From contig CAVUDP010000001.1 of the NCBI GenBank assembly GCA_963740315.1, positions 1-64,000 on the forward strand: DNA of 64,000 nt, written 5' to 3'. The translations under genes and the position numbers were made by a program. Positions within the stretch are counted from its first letter, which is position 1, and each line of letters starts with the position of its first letter. Below, piece after piece: positions 32,601 to 42,600 of this stretch. The notes under the pieces were generated by a model. That model saw only the letters and a program-made list of their open reading frames with translations. It had not been told where the DNA came from and did not search any database. This DNA is from an uncultured cyanobacterium (lineage in GTDB: Bacteria > Cyanobacteriota > Cyanobacteriia > Cyanobacteriales > Nostocaceae).

Positions 32601-32817
32601 TGAGAAGCAAGATTTTACAACTGCACTTGAATATTTACAGGAATCTTTTGAGATATTTGAGCATCTAAAATCACCGACTGCTCAAACTGCAAAGGAAATT
32701 ATTGATAGAATTCAAACTGCACAACGTACATCAATAAATAAAGATTCCAGCAACGAAATTATTTCTCCCTACCGGGAATTAATCGAGACGATAAGAGAGT
32801 TAGGAATTGGATATTGA
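29638..32817 (+). CDS. CHAT (caspase-like) protease - STAND/NB-ARC-like ATPase - TPR protein
   Basis: LPWELL, catalytic His VLHLTGHG and Cys FLCGCRTG; FVGR, Walker A GMGGLGKS, Walker B LLVLDD, ITCR, GNP; C-terminal TPRs. Confidence 0.9.
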   Translation: MQILHFDLKSTQDNYVELHYFESNPNHYKSRSLPLTEIADLIQLAERDYYIPLPEDYTKTGQKLFNWLDGNDRFLQQLLDKHRGKGVVLAISTSENIAHLPWELLHDRNCFLVERKPAVIPVRWVSSDTIKQLSIQAEPENRALQMLFMAASPLSVQPVLDFEREEASILKVTARQPLTLTVEESGCLEELGFLVGDYGKEDGKGYFDVLHLTGHGTIKDDGTPVFITESATGEAVESTAEDIATELQFQLPKLIFLCGCRTGQAGNSGTVPSMAESLLNAGATAVLGWGEKVLDTDATAAAAALYQALSAGKLLTEALALTYQDLIKNKARDWHLLRLYVGDSLPGNLVTSLRTRGRKPAPPASFSTKFLDVAGKVKVPTRESFVGRRRQLQRCLRSLINPSAEEIGVLIHGMGGLGKSSLAARLCDRLTNFQRVVWVGAIDEASLVNRLTEKLDNQTLRETLQNPNEELKFRLKRVFGWLQETANNPFLLVLDDFEANLEPRNDSYILLPVAAQVLSDLVWAINESYDLDKIIITCRYDFESTYLQHFYKQPLEGMHGADLRKKLNRLAAFKEQSQVDETLQAKAQQLADGNPRLLEWLDKLLLSHRDLPTDNLTTVIATQGSNPKHLTSGNECISLTKVDVAAILNKLEVDSVELRQQVLAEKLLQQMDNTMREMLQLGLVFELPVPKEALESVCDIADLNKYIDKAVALGLLEVSPDESLRVPRILPLEKTTTQSNREIFKIAAQVLYRLWWEDVESYIEEQALEIHRLALLGRETEIAGNLASNLANQWWHKGRYRETVELCQSTLEIIEDYRVLKEMAYCQQQLGEVEQAFNNYQQAKTLCPLENEAETASICHYLAGIYASRGDVDDAIALYQQSLELKEKIGDVQGKAASLHNLAGIYASRGDVDDAIALYQQSLDLNERIGDVQGKAASLHNLADIYASRGDVEDAIALFQQSLELKEKIGDVQGKAASLCMLGQLLADEKQDFTTALEYLQESFEIFEHLKSPTAQTAKEIIDRIQTAQRTSINKDSSNEIISPYRELIETIRELGIGY
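32221..32580 (+). repeat. Three near-identical 120-bp tandem repeats encoding 40-aa TPRs
   Basis: Units start at 32221, 32341 and 32461; each contains GCGATCGC. Confidence 0.95.
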
Positions 32818-32864
32818 TTAATTGGAATATAAACTTTGGTGCGTTACGAACTTCGTTCTAAATG

Positions 32865-33040
32865 ATATCTTGCACCAATGTCATTAAGCCTTCACAACCG
32901 CCTCGAAATAAATTTCAAGGAACCAATATACAAAGTACGTTAAAACGCACTAAAAGCCTTGCTCAGTCTTATGAAGGAAGACTTTGTTTTTGAGCCTGGG
33001 AATTTATTCCAAGGCGGTTGTTGAAACTGGTGCAAGATGT
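32865..33040. mobile_element. MITE inserted into a GGTGCGTTA...TAACGCACC palindrome
   Basis: TIRs ATATCTTGCACCA / TGGTGCAAGATGT; host palindrome halves at 32838-32851 and 33043-33055. Confidence 0.75.
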
Positions 33041-33045
33041 AAGTT

Positions 33046-33228
33046 CTAACGCACCCTACAATGCTTTTCTTGAACGTATAAATAACCTTTAATCGCATCT
33101 TTGATATTTTCCACCGTTTCATCCAAAGTCTTACCTTGACTCACGCAACCGGGAAGCTCGGGAACTTCAGCAACATATCCTTGATATTCCGAATCGAATA
33201 TAAAAATTACTTGAAATTTCACTACCAA
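33046..33228 (-). CDS. HicB-family antitoxin (orphan, short)
   Basis: GYVAEVPELPGCVSQGKTLDETVENIKDAI motif; stop supplied by a repeat; no hicA seen. Confidence 0.75.
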   Translation of the reverse strand: MVVKFQVIFIFDSEYQGYVAEVPELPGCVSQGKTLDETVENIKDAIKGYLYVQEKHCRVR

Positions 33229-34152
33229 TCAACCTTTAATTGCCGAACGCATAGCATAAATATAACAATACCATGTGAATTTTTAAATATAGGTGAGGCG
33301 CTTTAAGGAGAGATGGGGAGAAAAAACTTTCTGTTTTTAGGATACACTCATCAAAACTAATGGGACAGCCCACTAGTACTTTGTCCTATTAATTCTGATA
33401 AGTTTGTAGTAAGGGCTTCAGCCCCTCCGGATTCGGTAATATGAGGCGCTGAAGCGCTTACTACGAACCTTTATTACCCATCAAAAATTATGAAATCGAA
33501 TACCAGTTTCAACGCGCAAGAATCTGAACGCCAATCAGCGTTACAAAGAATAGTGAGAACAAATAAATCAACTCTCTTGTATTAATAACCATCTGGTAGG
33601 ACTCCTGAAAACTACTGTCAATAAACGTGGTATATTCAAATCGCATTCAAGCACCCTTGACAGTAAAAATACCATATTCATACTTTATAGGGAAATTAAA
33701 TAAAGCTTAAGTTGCGTATTTCTATTGATACATCCAAGCATTGACATGAATTGACACAAGAATAAATAATTAGTTCCTAGCCCTCAGAAAACTCTAGTAC
33801 GGCTGCTTCTGCTTGCTAAAATCCGAAGCTGAACGGGTTAAAACGCTTATTCTGTCTAATTAATGCCTTTTAATGAGTTTCTTTTTAACTCTAAAATTTT
33901 TGATACAGGTTGATTGTCAGGTCAGCCTAAAAATAAGTCAAATTATGACATTGCTTGCATCAGTAAGATAACTATAGTTGGGAATTATTACTATTTCATC
34001 AATACCATAACAATTAAAATATAGGTTAAATCGTAATTTTGCTAATACATAATGGTGCGTTACGGCATTTTCACACGGTTAACCTTTCAATAAAATACCT
34101 CGTGCCGTAACACACCCTACAAACCAATGCCCAATGCCCCATGCCCAATCCC

Positions 34153-35763
34153 CTAATACCGTTTGCGATTGTGAAAAACCTTAACCAACCTATTAATCCC
34201 TTTAAACCGATATTTCCCCATTGGCTCAAATCTCTGCGGTTTGGAAAGCATTTTGTAAGTCTCTTCGCTAACTACGCATTCCCCCGGATGACAAACTCCT
34301 TCCATCCGTGCTGCTAAATTAATTGTTGCTCCTAAAGCTGTATATTCTACTCTTTGCGAACTACCTACATCTCCTACCACTGCTTTCCCACTATTGATAG
34401 CAATTCTCAATTCTAATGGTTCCTGCCAGAAGTGATTGTAATTCAAATTCTCCAAACGCGCTAACATTCCCATTGCGGCGGCTACAGCCCTATCTGCATG
34501 GTCTTCTTGCGGTTCTGGTGCGCCAAAAAATGCCATAATGCAGTCGCCGATATATTTATCTAAAGTACCGCCGCGTGCGAATACTTCTTGCAACATTTCC
34601 TCAAATAATTTGTTGAGTAATTCCGCAATTTCCGTAGGAGTAAAGCGTTCGGACATTGCTGTAAATCCGACGACATCGGCGAATAAAATGCTGATTTCGC
34701 TTTCTTTGGGCGGTAATCTGCCATCTGGTAAGGCTCCCAATGCAATCAACTGCTGTACTACTGCTGGTGAGTGATAGCGTTCCAATCTTTGCCGAATTAT
34801 TGCTTCACTTTTGAGCTTTTCTACTAATAACCAACGTTGTACGCTGGAAGAAACAAGATTTCCTAAAGTTGAAAAAAAGCTCAAATCTTCGGAACCTTCT
34901 TTTACCCAATGATAAGAAGAAAAACTTGCATCGGCATAAAGCACGCCGACAACTTTATTTTCATCCCATAAAGGTACTGCCATTGCGCTGCGAATCCCTT
35001 TGAGAAAAACGCTATGCTCTTCTGCAAATCGTTCGTCTTGATGAGTATCTGCTGATTGAATTGCGACTTTTTCCCCAAATACTTGCTGACATATACTTTG
35101 AGAGATCCAGCTATCATCAGCCATTAATTGCTGTTTATTATTAACATTTCTACTTGCAGCATTTACTAATACTAATTTGCCGCAATTTTGAACATCAATC
35201 AATAGCGCTAAACGGTCAATACTATTAAGATAACGAAATACAACCTGCTGTACTTGAGAAAATATTTCTTCAATAGAAGTAGCTCCCGAAAGATTTTTGG
35301 CTATATCTACCAAATCCTTGAGACGGGCGATCGTTCTATCTTTGCCGATAATATCACCATCTTTACTAACGGCATCTATCCATTGCTCTTGTAATTGTTC
35401 AACATCACGAAGTATTGTTTTACCTTCAGAAAAATCTGCATGCTTAGTTATAGATGGTTGAGGAGGAAGGCTTAAAAGCACCACCAGCGAAATTTCTCCT
35501 ACCCAAATCACATCCCCATGAGAAATGACGGTAGGCGAAGTTACGGGTTGTTCGTTTAGTATTGTGCCGTTTTTGCTACCCAAATCTTCAACCAGCCACA
35601 CGCCATTATTCCCTTTAGTAAAACGCGCATGACTGCGAGAAACACCCCCAAAGGGTAAACTTAGGTTACATTCAGCTAACCTACCAACAATAAAAATATC
35701 TTGATCCACCGTCACCGTTTTTTGGGTATTTTCCCTTTGGAGACGCAGTTTCAACTCAGTCAT
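34153..35763 (-). CDS. cyaD: FHA-GAF-class III adenylate cyclase (CyaD architecture)
   Basis: FHA (GR..VSRSH..DLGSKNGT), GAF, cyclase (LFADVVGFT, DKYIGDCIMA, INLAARME). Confidence 0.85.
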   Translation of the reverse strand: MTELKLRLQRENTQKTVTVDQDIFIVGRLAECNLSLPFGGVSRSHARFTKGNNGVWLVEDLGSKNGTILNEQPVTSPTVISHGDVIWVGEISLVVLLSLPPQPSITKHADFSEGKTILRDVEQLQEQWIDAVSKDGDIIGKDRTIARLKDLVDIAKNLSGATSIEEIFSQVQQVVFRYLNSIDRLALLIDVQNCGKLVLVNAASRNVNNKQQLMADDSWISQSICQQVFGEKVAIQSADTHQDERFAEEHSVFLKGIRSAMAVPLWDENKVVGVLYADASFSSYHWVKEGSEDLSFFSTLGNLVSSSVQRWLLVEKLKSEAIIRQRLERYHSPAVVQQLIALGALPDGRLPPKESEISILFADVVGFTAMSERFTPTEIAELLNKLFEEMLQEVFARGGTLDKYIGDCIMAFFGAPEPQEDHADRAVAAAMGMLARLENLNYNHFWQEPLELRIAINSGKAVVGDVGSSQRVEYTALGATINLAARMEGVCHPGECVVSEETYKMLSKPQRFEPMGKYRFKGINRLVKVFHNRKRY

Positions 35764-36206
35764 GGTTGGGCTTGATTAATCCTCGAAGCAATTAAACGGG
35801 TGCAGAAAACCGGGCATTACCGTTGAATGTTTCAAAATGCGGTTCTAATTTCGGGTTAAAACCAATACATTCCATTTATGACACTGCAAACGGCACTCCG
35901 ACAACTATAACTCTTGTCTGGGCAACCATTAACTGTAAAATTCGGGCGTTATCAAATTAGCTTCGGAACTTCTTTAGCTGTTGTAGAAGCTTCTAGCCCG
36001 TTCGATTAAATAGTATAAAGGAAATTACTTTCACTTTATCAATTCTTTACACAACTTGAACCACAATTAATATATTTGAACAAACAATATAATAATAAAC
36101 GTTAGAATCAAACTTAATCAATATACAAATCCGTTTTGATTAATGTTAACGCAGCCATAATTACTAATAAATATAGTCAACCGTATTTATCCAAAATAAA
36201 TTGTTT

Positions 36207-37703
36207 ATGAAACAGCATTACAGTACATTAAAAAATCAATTAAGCAACCCGATATCTAAATACTTAATCTTAGTTATTTTCAGTATTTTAGCAGTACTAA
36301 TCGCAACTCTTTATCCGTTTAATTTTTCGTTACCGAATAGTATTTCAAAGCGGGGATTAGTTAATAGTTTTGACAACAATAGCTTTTTTCAAGACCAAGT
36401 AAACAATGTATTGCTATTCTTACCTTTAGGGTTCGGTTTAACGGGTTTATTACAGAAAAGAAAAGCAAAATTAATTTCGCAGATAGCAGCAGCATTTTTA
36501 GCCAGCGCTGCCTTATCCTCAACAGTCGAATTACTGCAAATTATGGTACCTTCGAGGACACCAACACCCGCTGATATTATTAATAATAGCTTTGGTGGTT
36601 TTTTAGGATTAATTTGCTTTTATATCTGGAATTCTAAAAGTTTTAAAGCAATATTACAAAAAATTGAAACCAGTAATGCAAGTAATTCAATTAGTAAAAT
36701 AACCTTATTTTTCACGGGTTATATTATCCTGACATTTTTAATTACAATTCCTTGGCAAGCTACAACTAATTTAAGTGGTTGGAATCCCAGTTTTCCCTTA
36801 ATGATCGGTAACGAAAGAACTGCCGATCGAGGTTGGGAAGGCTATATTTCCGAACTAAATATTACTAATCAAGCCTTGAGACAAAACCAAATAAAACAAG
36901 TATTTTCTCAAAGTAATAATTTGCAAAATCTAGGAGATTCCCTAGTCGCTTCCTATCAATTTACAGGAAAAGCTCCATATAAAGATAAAACGGGAAAACA
37001 GCCGGATTTATTATGGAATGGGGAATCAACGACTCAAAATGAAAAAGGAGTTTTGTTGAGTCGCGATCGCTGGCTGCAAACGGCAACTCCCGTCACATCT
37101 TTGAGCGAAAGTATAAGCAAGACTTCTGAATTTACAATTAGCACTACCCTTACTACTACTAAAACAGAACAAGGTGGACCTGCGCGAATTATTTCGCTTT
37201 CTAATGACTCTTTTCGTCGTAATTTCACTTTGGGACAACAGGAAAGCGATTTAGTATTTCGAGTTAGAACTCCTCTTACCGGAGCAAATGCTGCTGATGT
37301 AAAGCTAGAAGTTCCCGGTGTATTTAATGATGAAAAACCGCATCACATAGTTATTACCTATTCCAATTCTTCGCTGATTATTTACGTAGATAATATTGCC
37401 AATATCCACACTTTAAACTTACTCGACTTAATACCCAAAGAAAAAAGATTTTTCTATTACGGACTAACATTTATTCCATTCGGACTGTGTTTAGCCCTGC
37501 TAACAACATTAGCAAGAAGAAAAATCAACTTTTACCGTTTAATGCTTCCCGCAGGAATATTATTACCTTCTTTAATATTAGAAGGAACTTTAGTACAAGA
37601 AAGCGGTAAAAATATCAGTCCAAAAAACCTATTACTCGGCATCTTATTTACAGCCGGGACAATGTTAATCTTGAAAGCAAGAACGGGAAACAGCGAGCAG
37701 TGA
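36207..37703 (+). CDS. VanZ-family membrane protein with LamG-like periplasmic domain
   Basis: NNVLLFLPLGF, ELLQ..PSRTPT..DIINN..GG VanZ motifs; GPARIIS..RNFTLGQ..HHIVITY. Confidence 0.8.
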   Translation: MKQHYSTLKNQLSNPISKYLILVIFSILAVLIATLYPFNFSLPNSISKRGLVNSFDNNSFFQDQVNNVLLFLPLGFGLTGLLQKRKAKLISQIAAAFLASAALSSTVELLQIMVPSRTPTPADIINNSFGGFLGLICFYIWNSKSFKAILQKIETSNASNSISKITLFFTGYIILTFLITIPWQATTNLSGWNPSFPLMIGNERTADRGWEGYISELNITNQALRQNQIKQVFSQSNNLQNLGDSLVASYQFTGKAPYKDKTGKQPDLLWNGESTTQNEKGVLLSRDRWLQTATPVTSLSESISKTSEFTISTTLTTTKTEQGGPARIISLSNDSFRRNFTLGQQESDLVFRVRTPLTGANAADVKLEVPGVFNDEKPHHIVITYSNSSLIIYVDNIANIHTLNLLDLIPKEKRFFYYGLTFIPFGLCLALLTTLARRKINFYRLMLPAGILLPSLILEGTLVQESGKNISPKNLLLGILFTAGTMLILKARTGNSEQ

Positions 37704-37773
37704 GCAGTTATCAGTGAGCAGTTAGCAGTTAGCAGTTAGCAGTTAGCAGTTAGCAGTGAGCAGTTAGCAGTGA
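37687..37773 (+). repeat. STRR heptamer array (CAGTTAG/CAGTGAG)
   Basis: Tandem 7-mers overlapping the vanZ-like stop; second array (TAACTCC/CACTGTT) at ~37928-38025. Confidence 0.9.
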
Positions 37774-38005
37774 GAAGAAGTTTGGAAGGTTTAAATTAAT
37801 ACTTTATCTGGCGGTTGAAACCACTGCTACACAAACAAAACCCGCCTGCGCGGGTTAAAATCTATTAGTTTAAGTTGCTGGACTTTGCCTGTGTAGTATC
37901 AAATTATATTCGCAAATACTTGTAAAACTAACTCTTAACTCCTAACTCTTAACTCCTAACTCCTAACTCCTAACTCTTAACTCCTAACTCCTAACTGTTC
38001 ACTGT

Positions 38006-38902
38006 TCATTGTTCACTGTTCACTGATTCCGGTAATTCCAAAGGAAATTGTCCTAAAAGTCCTTTGCGATAATCGGTTAAAAGATGTCTGGCACTACGCT
38101 CTACATCGCCTTGATATTTATGTTCGGCTAAAGCGTACAGGTATTCTTCTCCGGTGTATGCTGTTGATTCGAGCTTGTAGCGGGACAAAAAAGGATTTTC
38201 TGGTAATATTTTGGGAGCAGTTTCTTGCAAATATCCGACTAAATCGACGAATGCGGCTGCTACTTTTTGATTGTCGTAGGATGCTTCCCCAATATCGTCG
38301 CAAATTGCTAATTTTAAAGCTGCTTCCTGATTTTCTAATTTGAGAGGTATGATACCCGGAGAATCTAATAATTCTAGTTCCTTGGAAATCCTTACCCAGC
38401 GCAGGGAACGAGTTACACCGGGGCGAGCCGCGCTTTGTACTATACGCCTTCCCAATAAACGATTTATCAAAGCTGATTTTCCCACATTCGGAAAACCGAT
38501 AACTACAGCACGTATGGCACGAGGTAACATTCCGCGTTCTTTGCGTCGTTGATTAACCGCACTTCCCGCAGATTGCGCTGCTTTACTAACTGCAATTATT
38601 CCTTTTCCTTGTTTTGCATTGGTAGCATAGGGAACTTGGTTGTGAATTCTAAAATATTCCGTCCATAATTCCCTTGCTTGAGGTGAAATCATATCTAACC
38701 GATTGAGTATCAACAACCGTGCTTTATCTCCAATCCATTCCGACACTTGGGGATGGTGAGTTGATACAGGAATCCGAGCATCTCTTACTTCTAAGACAAC
38801 ATCAACTAACTTGAGTTGTTCTTTGAGTTGTCTTTCAGCTTTAGCGATATGTCCGGGATACCATTGGATGAGATTTAATTTATAGTTTTCAGTTATAGCC
38901 AT
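38006..38902 (-). CDS. ylqF: Ribosome biogenesis GTPase RbgA/YlqF
   Basis: IQWYPGHIAKA, DARIP, GFPNVGKS, PGVT, DSPG. Confidence 0.95.
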   Translation of the reverse strand: MAITENYKLNLIQWYPGHIAKAERQLKEQLKLVDVVLEVRDARIPVSTHHPQVSEWIGDKARLLILNRLDMISPQARELWTEYFRIHNQVPYATNAKQGKGIIAVSKAAQSAGSAVNQRRKERGMLPRAIRAVVIGFPNVGKSALINRLLGRRIVQSAARPGVTRSLRWVRISKELELLDSPGIIPLKLENQEAALKLAICDDIGEASYDNQKVAAAFVDLVGYLQETAPKILPENPFLSRYKLESTAYTGEEYLYALAEHKYQGDVERSARHLLTDYRKGLLGQFPLELPESVNSEQ

Positions 38903-39027
38903 ATTGAAGGTTACTTAATTAGATATAGTAATTAGATTAAAGTATATACCTTTATAATTTATAATTTTTTAAATAATCGAGTAAATCAACCTTTAACCTT
39001 TAACATCCAGACCTTTAACCTTTAACC

Positions 39028-39402
39028 TCATTTATACGACTGATATAAAATAATTCGATTTCCATCAATATCGTAAGCATAAATTTCTCTACCGTGCGAA
39101 CTTTTAGTAATTTCGCCAAAAGGTGGATGACCTAATGATTCGAGGTGATGCATTGCACTTTCTAAGTCATTTACCTCCAAACATAAACTCATATGGCTTT
39201 TGAAAGAATCATTAAATTCACAAACGTGAGATTCCTTGGGTTTAAAAATGCCTAATTTCAAACCTGAAACTTTAAATTCAGCATAAGAATTGGGAATATA
39301 ATTAGAGGGGTTTTGACTAAAAAATTGAACATAAAAGTCAACTAATTCTTCAAAATTATTAGTCGCGATCGTCACAAATGCTTCAGTAAATCGAAAAGAC
39401 AT
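39028..39402 (-). CDS. VOC/glyoxalase family protein
   Basis: VDFY..F, LCLEVNDLE, HGREIYAYDIDGNRI. Confidence 0.85.
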   Translation of the reverse strand: MSFRFTEAFVTIATNNFEELVDFYVQFFSQNPSNYIPNSYAEFKVSGLKLGIFKPKESHVCEFNDSFKSHMSLCLEVNDLESAMHHLESLGHPPFGEITKSSHGREIYAYDIDGNRIILYQSYK

Positions 39403-39690
39403 GATATAGGTTAAAGGTTAAAGGTCAAAGGTAGAAAACATAATAAATTATTTCATATTTTTGCATCATTTATTTAATTTGATGCATCCTAACAAAGGTA
39501 ATGTTATTTTATAACTCGCTATTTTCTTAAATAAGTTGCTTATTTTTGGAATTATTAACTATCGAGTTTTTTCTACAAATATTAATAAAACTATAGTTAG
39601 TTTTGATATCGGTCGAATATTAATAGCAATATTTCATTTTATACTTTAAAATTTGAGCATTATAAATACATAATTTTGCTCTGTAAATAA

Positions 39691-42600
39691 ATGACCTCTA
39701 TAAATGATGTTAACGATTTAAAAACAATCGATTATCAATATCAAATTGGCGGTAGTTTAGGAAATGATGCTGCTTGTTATGTAGTACGTCAAGCTGATAA
39801 AGAACTATATCTTGCTTTGAGTGCCGGGGAGTTTTGCTACGTGCTTAACTCTCGACAAATGGGTAAGTCTTCTATCATGGTACGTACCAGTCACATATTA
39901 AGACAAGAAGGATATCAATGTACTACTCTTGACATGAGTTGTATTGGTAGCGAACAAGTTACTCATACTCAATGGTACAAAGGGGTTGTTGCTGAATTAT
40001 GGCGGGGATTTCACCTCTACGGAAAGTTTAACTTAAAATCTTGGTGGCGTGAAGAGGAAGATATTTCTGTTCTTCAACGCTTGAGCCATTTTATCGAGGA
40101 TGTGCTGTTAGTGCAATTTCCTCAAGATAAGATAATTATATTTATTGATGAAATTGATAGTATTCTAAGTTTAGATTTTCCTGTAGATGATTTATTCGCT
40201 TTAATCCGCTTTTGCTATAACCAAAGAACGTTAAATCCAGAATATCACCGTCTTACTTTTGCTATTTTTGGAGTTGCTACCCCTAGCGATTTGATAGCTG
40301 ATAAAAATCGGACTCCATTTAATATTGGTAAGCCGATACAGTTACGGGGTTTTAATTTAGAAGAGGCGCAACCTCTAGTTAAGGGGTTAGAAGGTAAAGT
40401 AAGTAATCCCCAAGCAATTTTTAAACAAATATTAGCTTGGACAAACGGACAACCATTTCTAACTCAGAAGCTCTGTAAAATGGTAAATAGTGGAGAATGG
40501 ATTTGTACGGAAGCAGATGATAAAAGTAATGTTGAAATTGATAGATTAGTCAAAACACGAATTATTCATAATTGGCAATCCCAAGATGAACCCGAACATT
40601 TAAGAACTATAAGAGATAGAATTCTTCAGCAGCAAAAAGCGGGAAGATTGCTCGGTATATATCAGCAGGTTTTACAAGGTGTAGCGGTAGAAGCAGATAT
40701 TAGTAACGAACAAACAGAATTATTTTTATCTGGTTTAGTTATTAAAGAAAATAATTATCTCAAAGTAAAAAATCGTATTTATGCGGAAGTATTTGATTTA
40801 AGTTGGGTAGCAAATCAATTAACTTTATTACGTCCTTATTCTCAAGCTTTTGATGCTTGGATAGCTTCTAATCAAACCGATTCTTCCCGACTTATGCGGG
40901 GACAAGCTTTAAAAGATGCTAAAAAATGGACTCAAGGAAAAAGTTTAAGCGATTTAGATTATCAATTTTTGACTGCTTCGGAAGAGTTCGATCATCAGGA
41001 AGCTCAGCAACATTTAGAGGCGCAAAGACTCAAGGAAGTTGAAGCACGTTTAAAAGCTGAAAGTAAAAGCGCAAAACGTTTAAATTCATTATTATTTGTA
41101 GTCAGCAGTGCTTTAGTAATTGTTAGTATTTTAGCTGGTACTACATATATAGCTTATCGGCAATCAAAACTGAATGAAATTAAAGCAACGGCTACTTCTT
41201 CCGAAGCATTATTTGCATTAGAAAAACGTTTGGATGCATTAGTTCAAGCATTAAGAGCGAATAAGAAAATTAAAGAATTAGGTATAGTTGATTCTCAAAC
41301 GAAAACAGAAGTTAAAACTGTTTTAAGAAGAGCTATTTTTACCGCTGTTGAACAAAATCGGATTACTGGAATTGATACTCAAGTTTGGGATGTTGCTTTT
41401 AGCCCTGATGGTAAGATAATTGCTACAGCTAATAGAGACAATACAGTTCAACTTTGGCATCGTAATGGTAAAGAAATTGCCACTTTAAAAGGTCATCAAG
41501 GTGCGATAAAAAGCGTTAATTTTAGTCCCGACGGACGGTTTCTTGCTTCTACGAGTAGAGATGCAACAATCAAAATTTGGAATCGAAAGGGTACTTTATT
41601 AAAAACTTTAACAGGTCATCAAGATGTAGTTCTAAAAGCTATTTTTAGTCCCAATCGCAAAACAATTGCTTCTGCTAGCCAAGATAAAACCATCAAAATT
41701 TGGTCTATCGACGGTGAATTATTGCGTAGCTTCAAAGCTCATGAAAATTGGATTATAGACATTAGTTTTAGTCCCGACGGTAGAACCATTGCTTCTGGTA
41801 GTCTTGATAATACTATGAAACTTTGGAATATAAAAGGTGAATTACTACGAACTTTTAAAGCTGATAAAGTTGTTTGGACGGTAGATTTTAGCCCAGATGG
41901 TAAAACAATTGCTTCAGGAGGTGCAGATAATACTATCAAACTTTGGCGAGTTGAAGATGGTAAATTAATTAATACTTTAAAAAGCCATCTAGTTGGAGTA
42001 TGGAAAGTTGCTTTTAGTCCCGACGGTAAAACGATCGCTTCTGCAAGTTGGGATAAAACCATTAAATTATGGAATACCGACGGAGTTTTACTAAAAACCT
42101 TGAAAGGTCATAATGGTAGAATCCGAGGATTAGCTTGGAGTCCTGACGGTAATACGATCGCTTCTAGTAGTGAAGATAAAACTATCAGATTTTGGAACTT
42201 AAATAATGCTTTAGTTAAAACTATTTACGGTCATACAAATGCAGTAATTCCAGTTGCTGTTAGTTCCAACGGTAAAATGATAGCTTCTGCTAGCGATGAT
42301 GGTAGCGTAAAACTTTGGAGTCGGAATGGTAAACTAATTCAAACTTTAAAAGGTTACGAACAAGGTGTTCTTGGCGTTGCTTTTAGTCCTAACAATCAAA
42401 TTATTGCTTCAGCAGGCAACGATACCACGATCAAATTATGGACTATTGCAGGTAAAGAATTACATACTTTAAAGGGACATCTTGCTCCTGTTTGGTCGGT
42501 AAATTTTAGTCCCGACGGTAATACTTTAATTTCCGGAAGTGAAGACGGTACCGTTAAATTTTGGAATATTGATGGTAATTTATTAAAGACTATAAATACA

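Noticed and set aside
33480..33700. 45-aa minus-strand hydrophobic ORF or gene remnant
   Set aside because: No recognisable motif or RBS.
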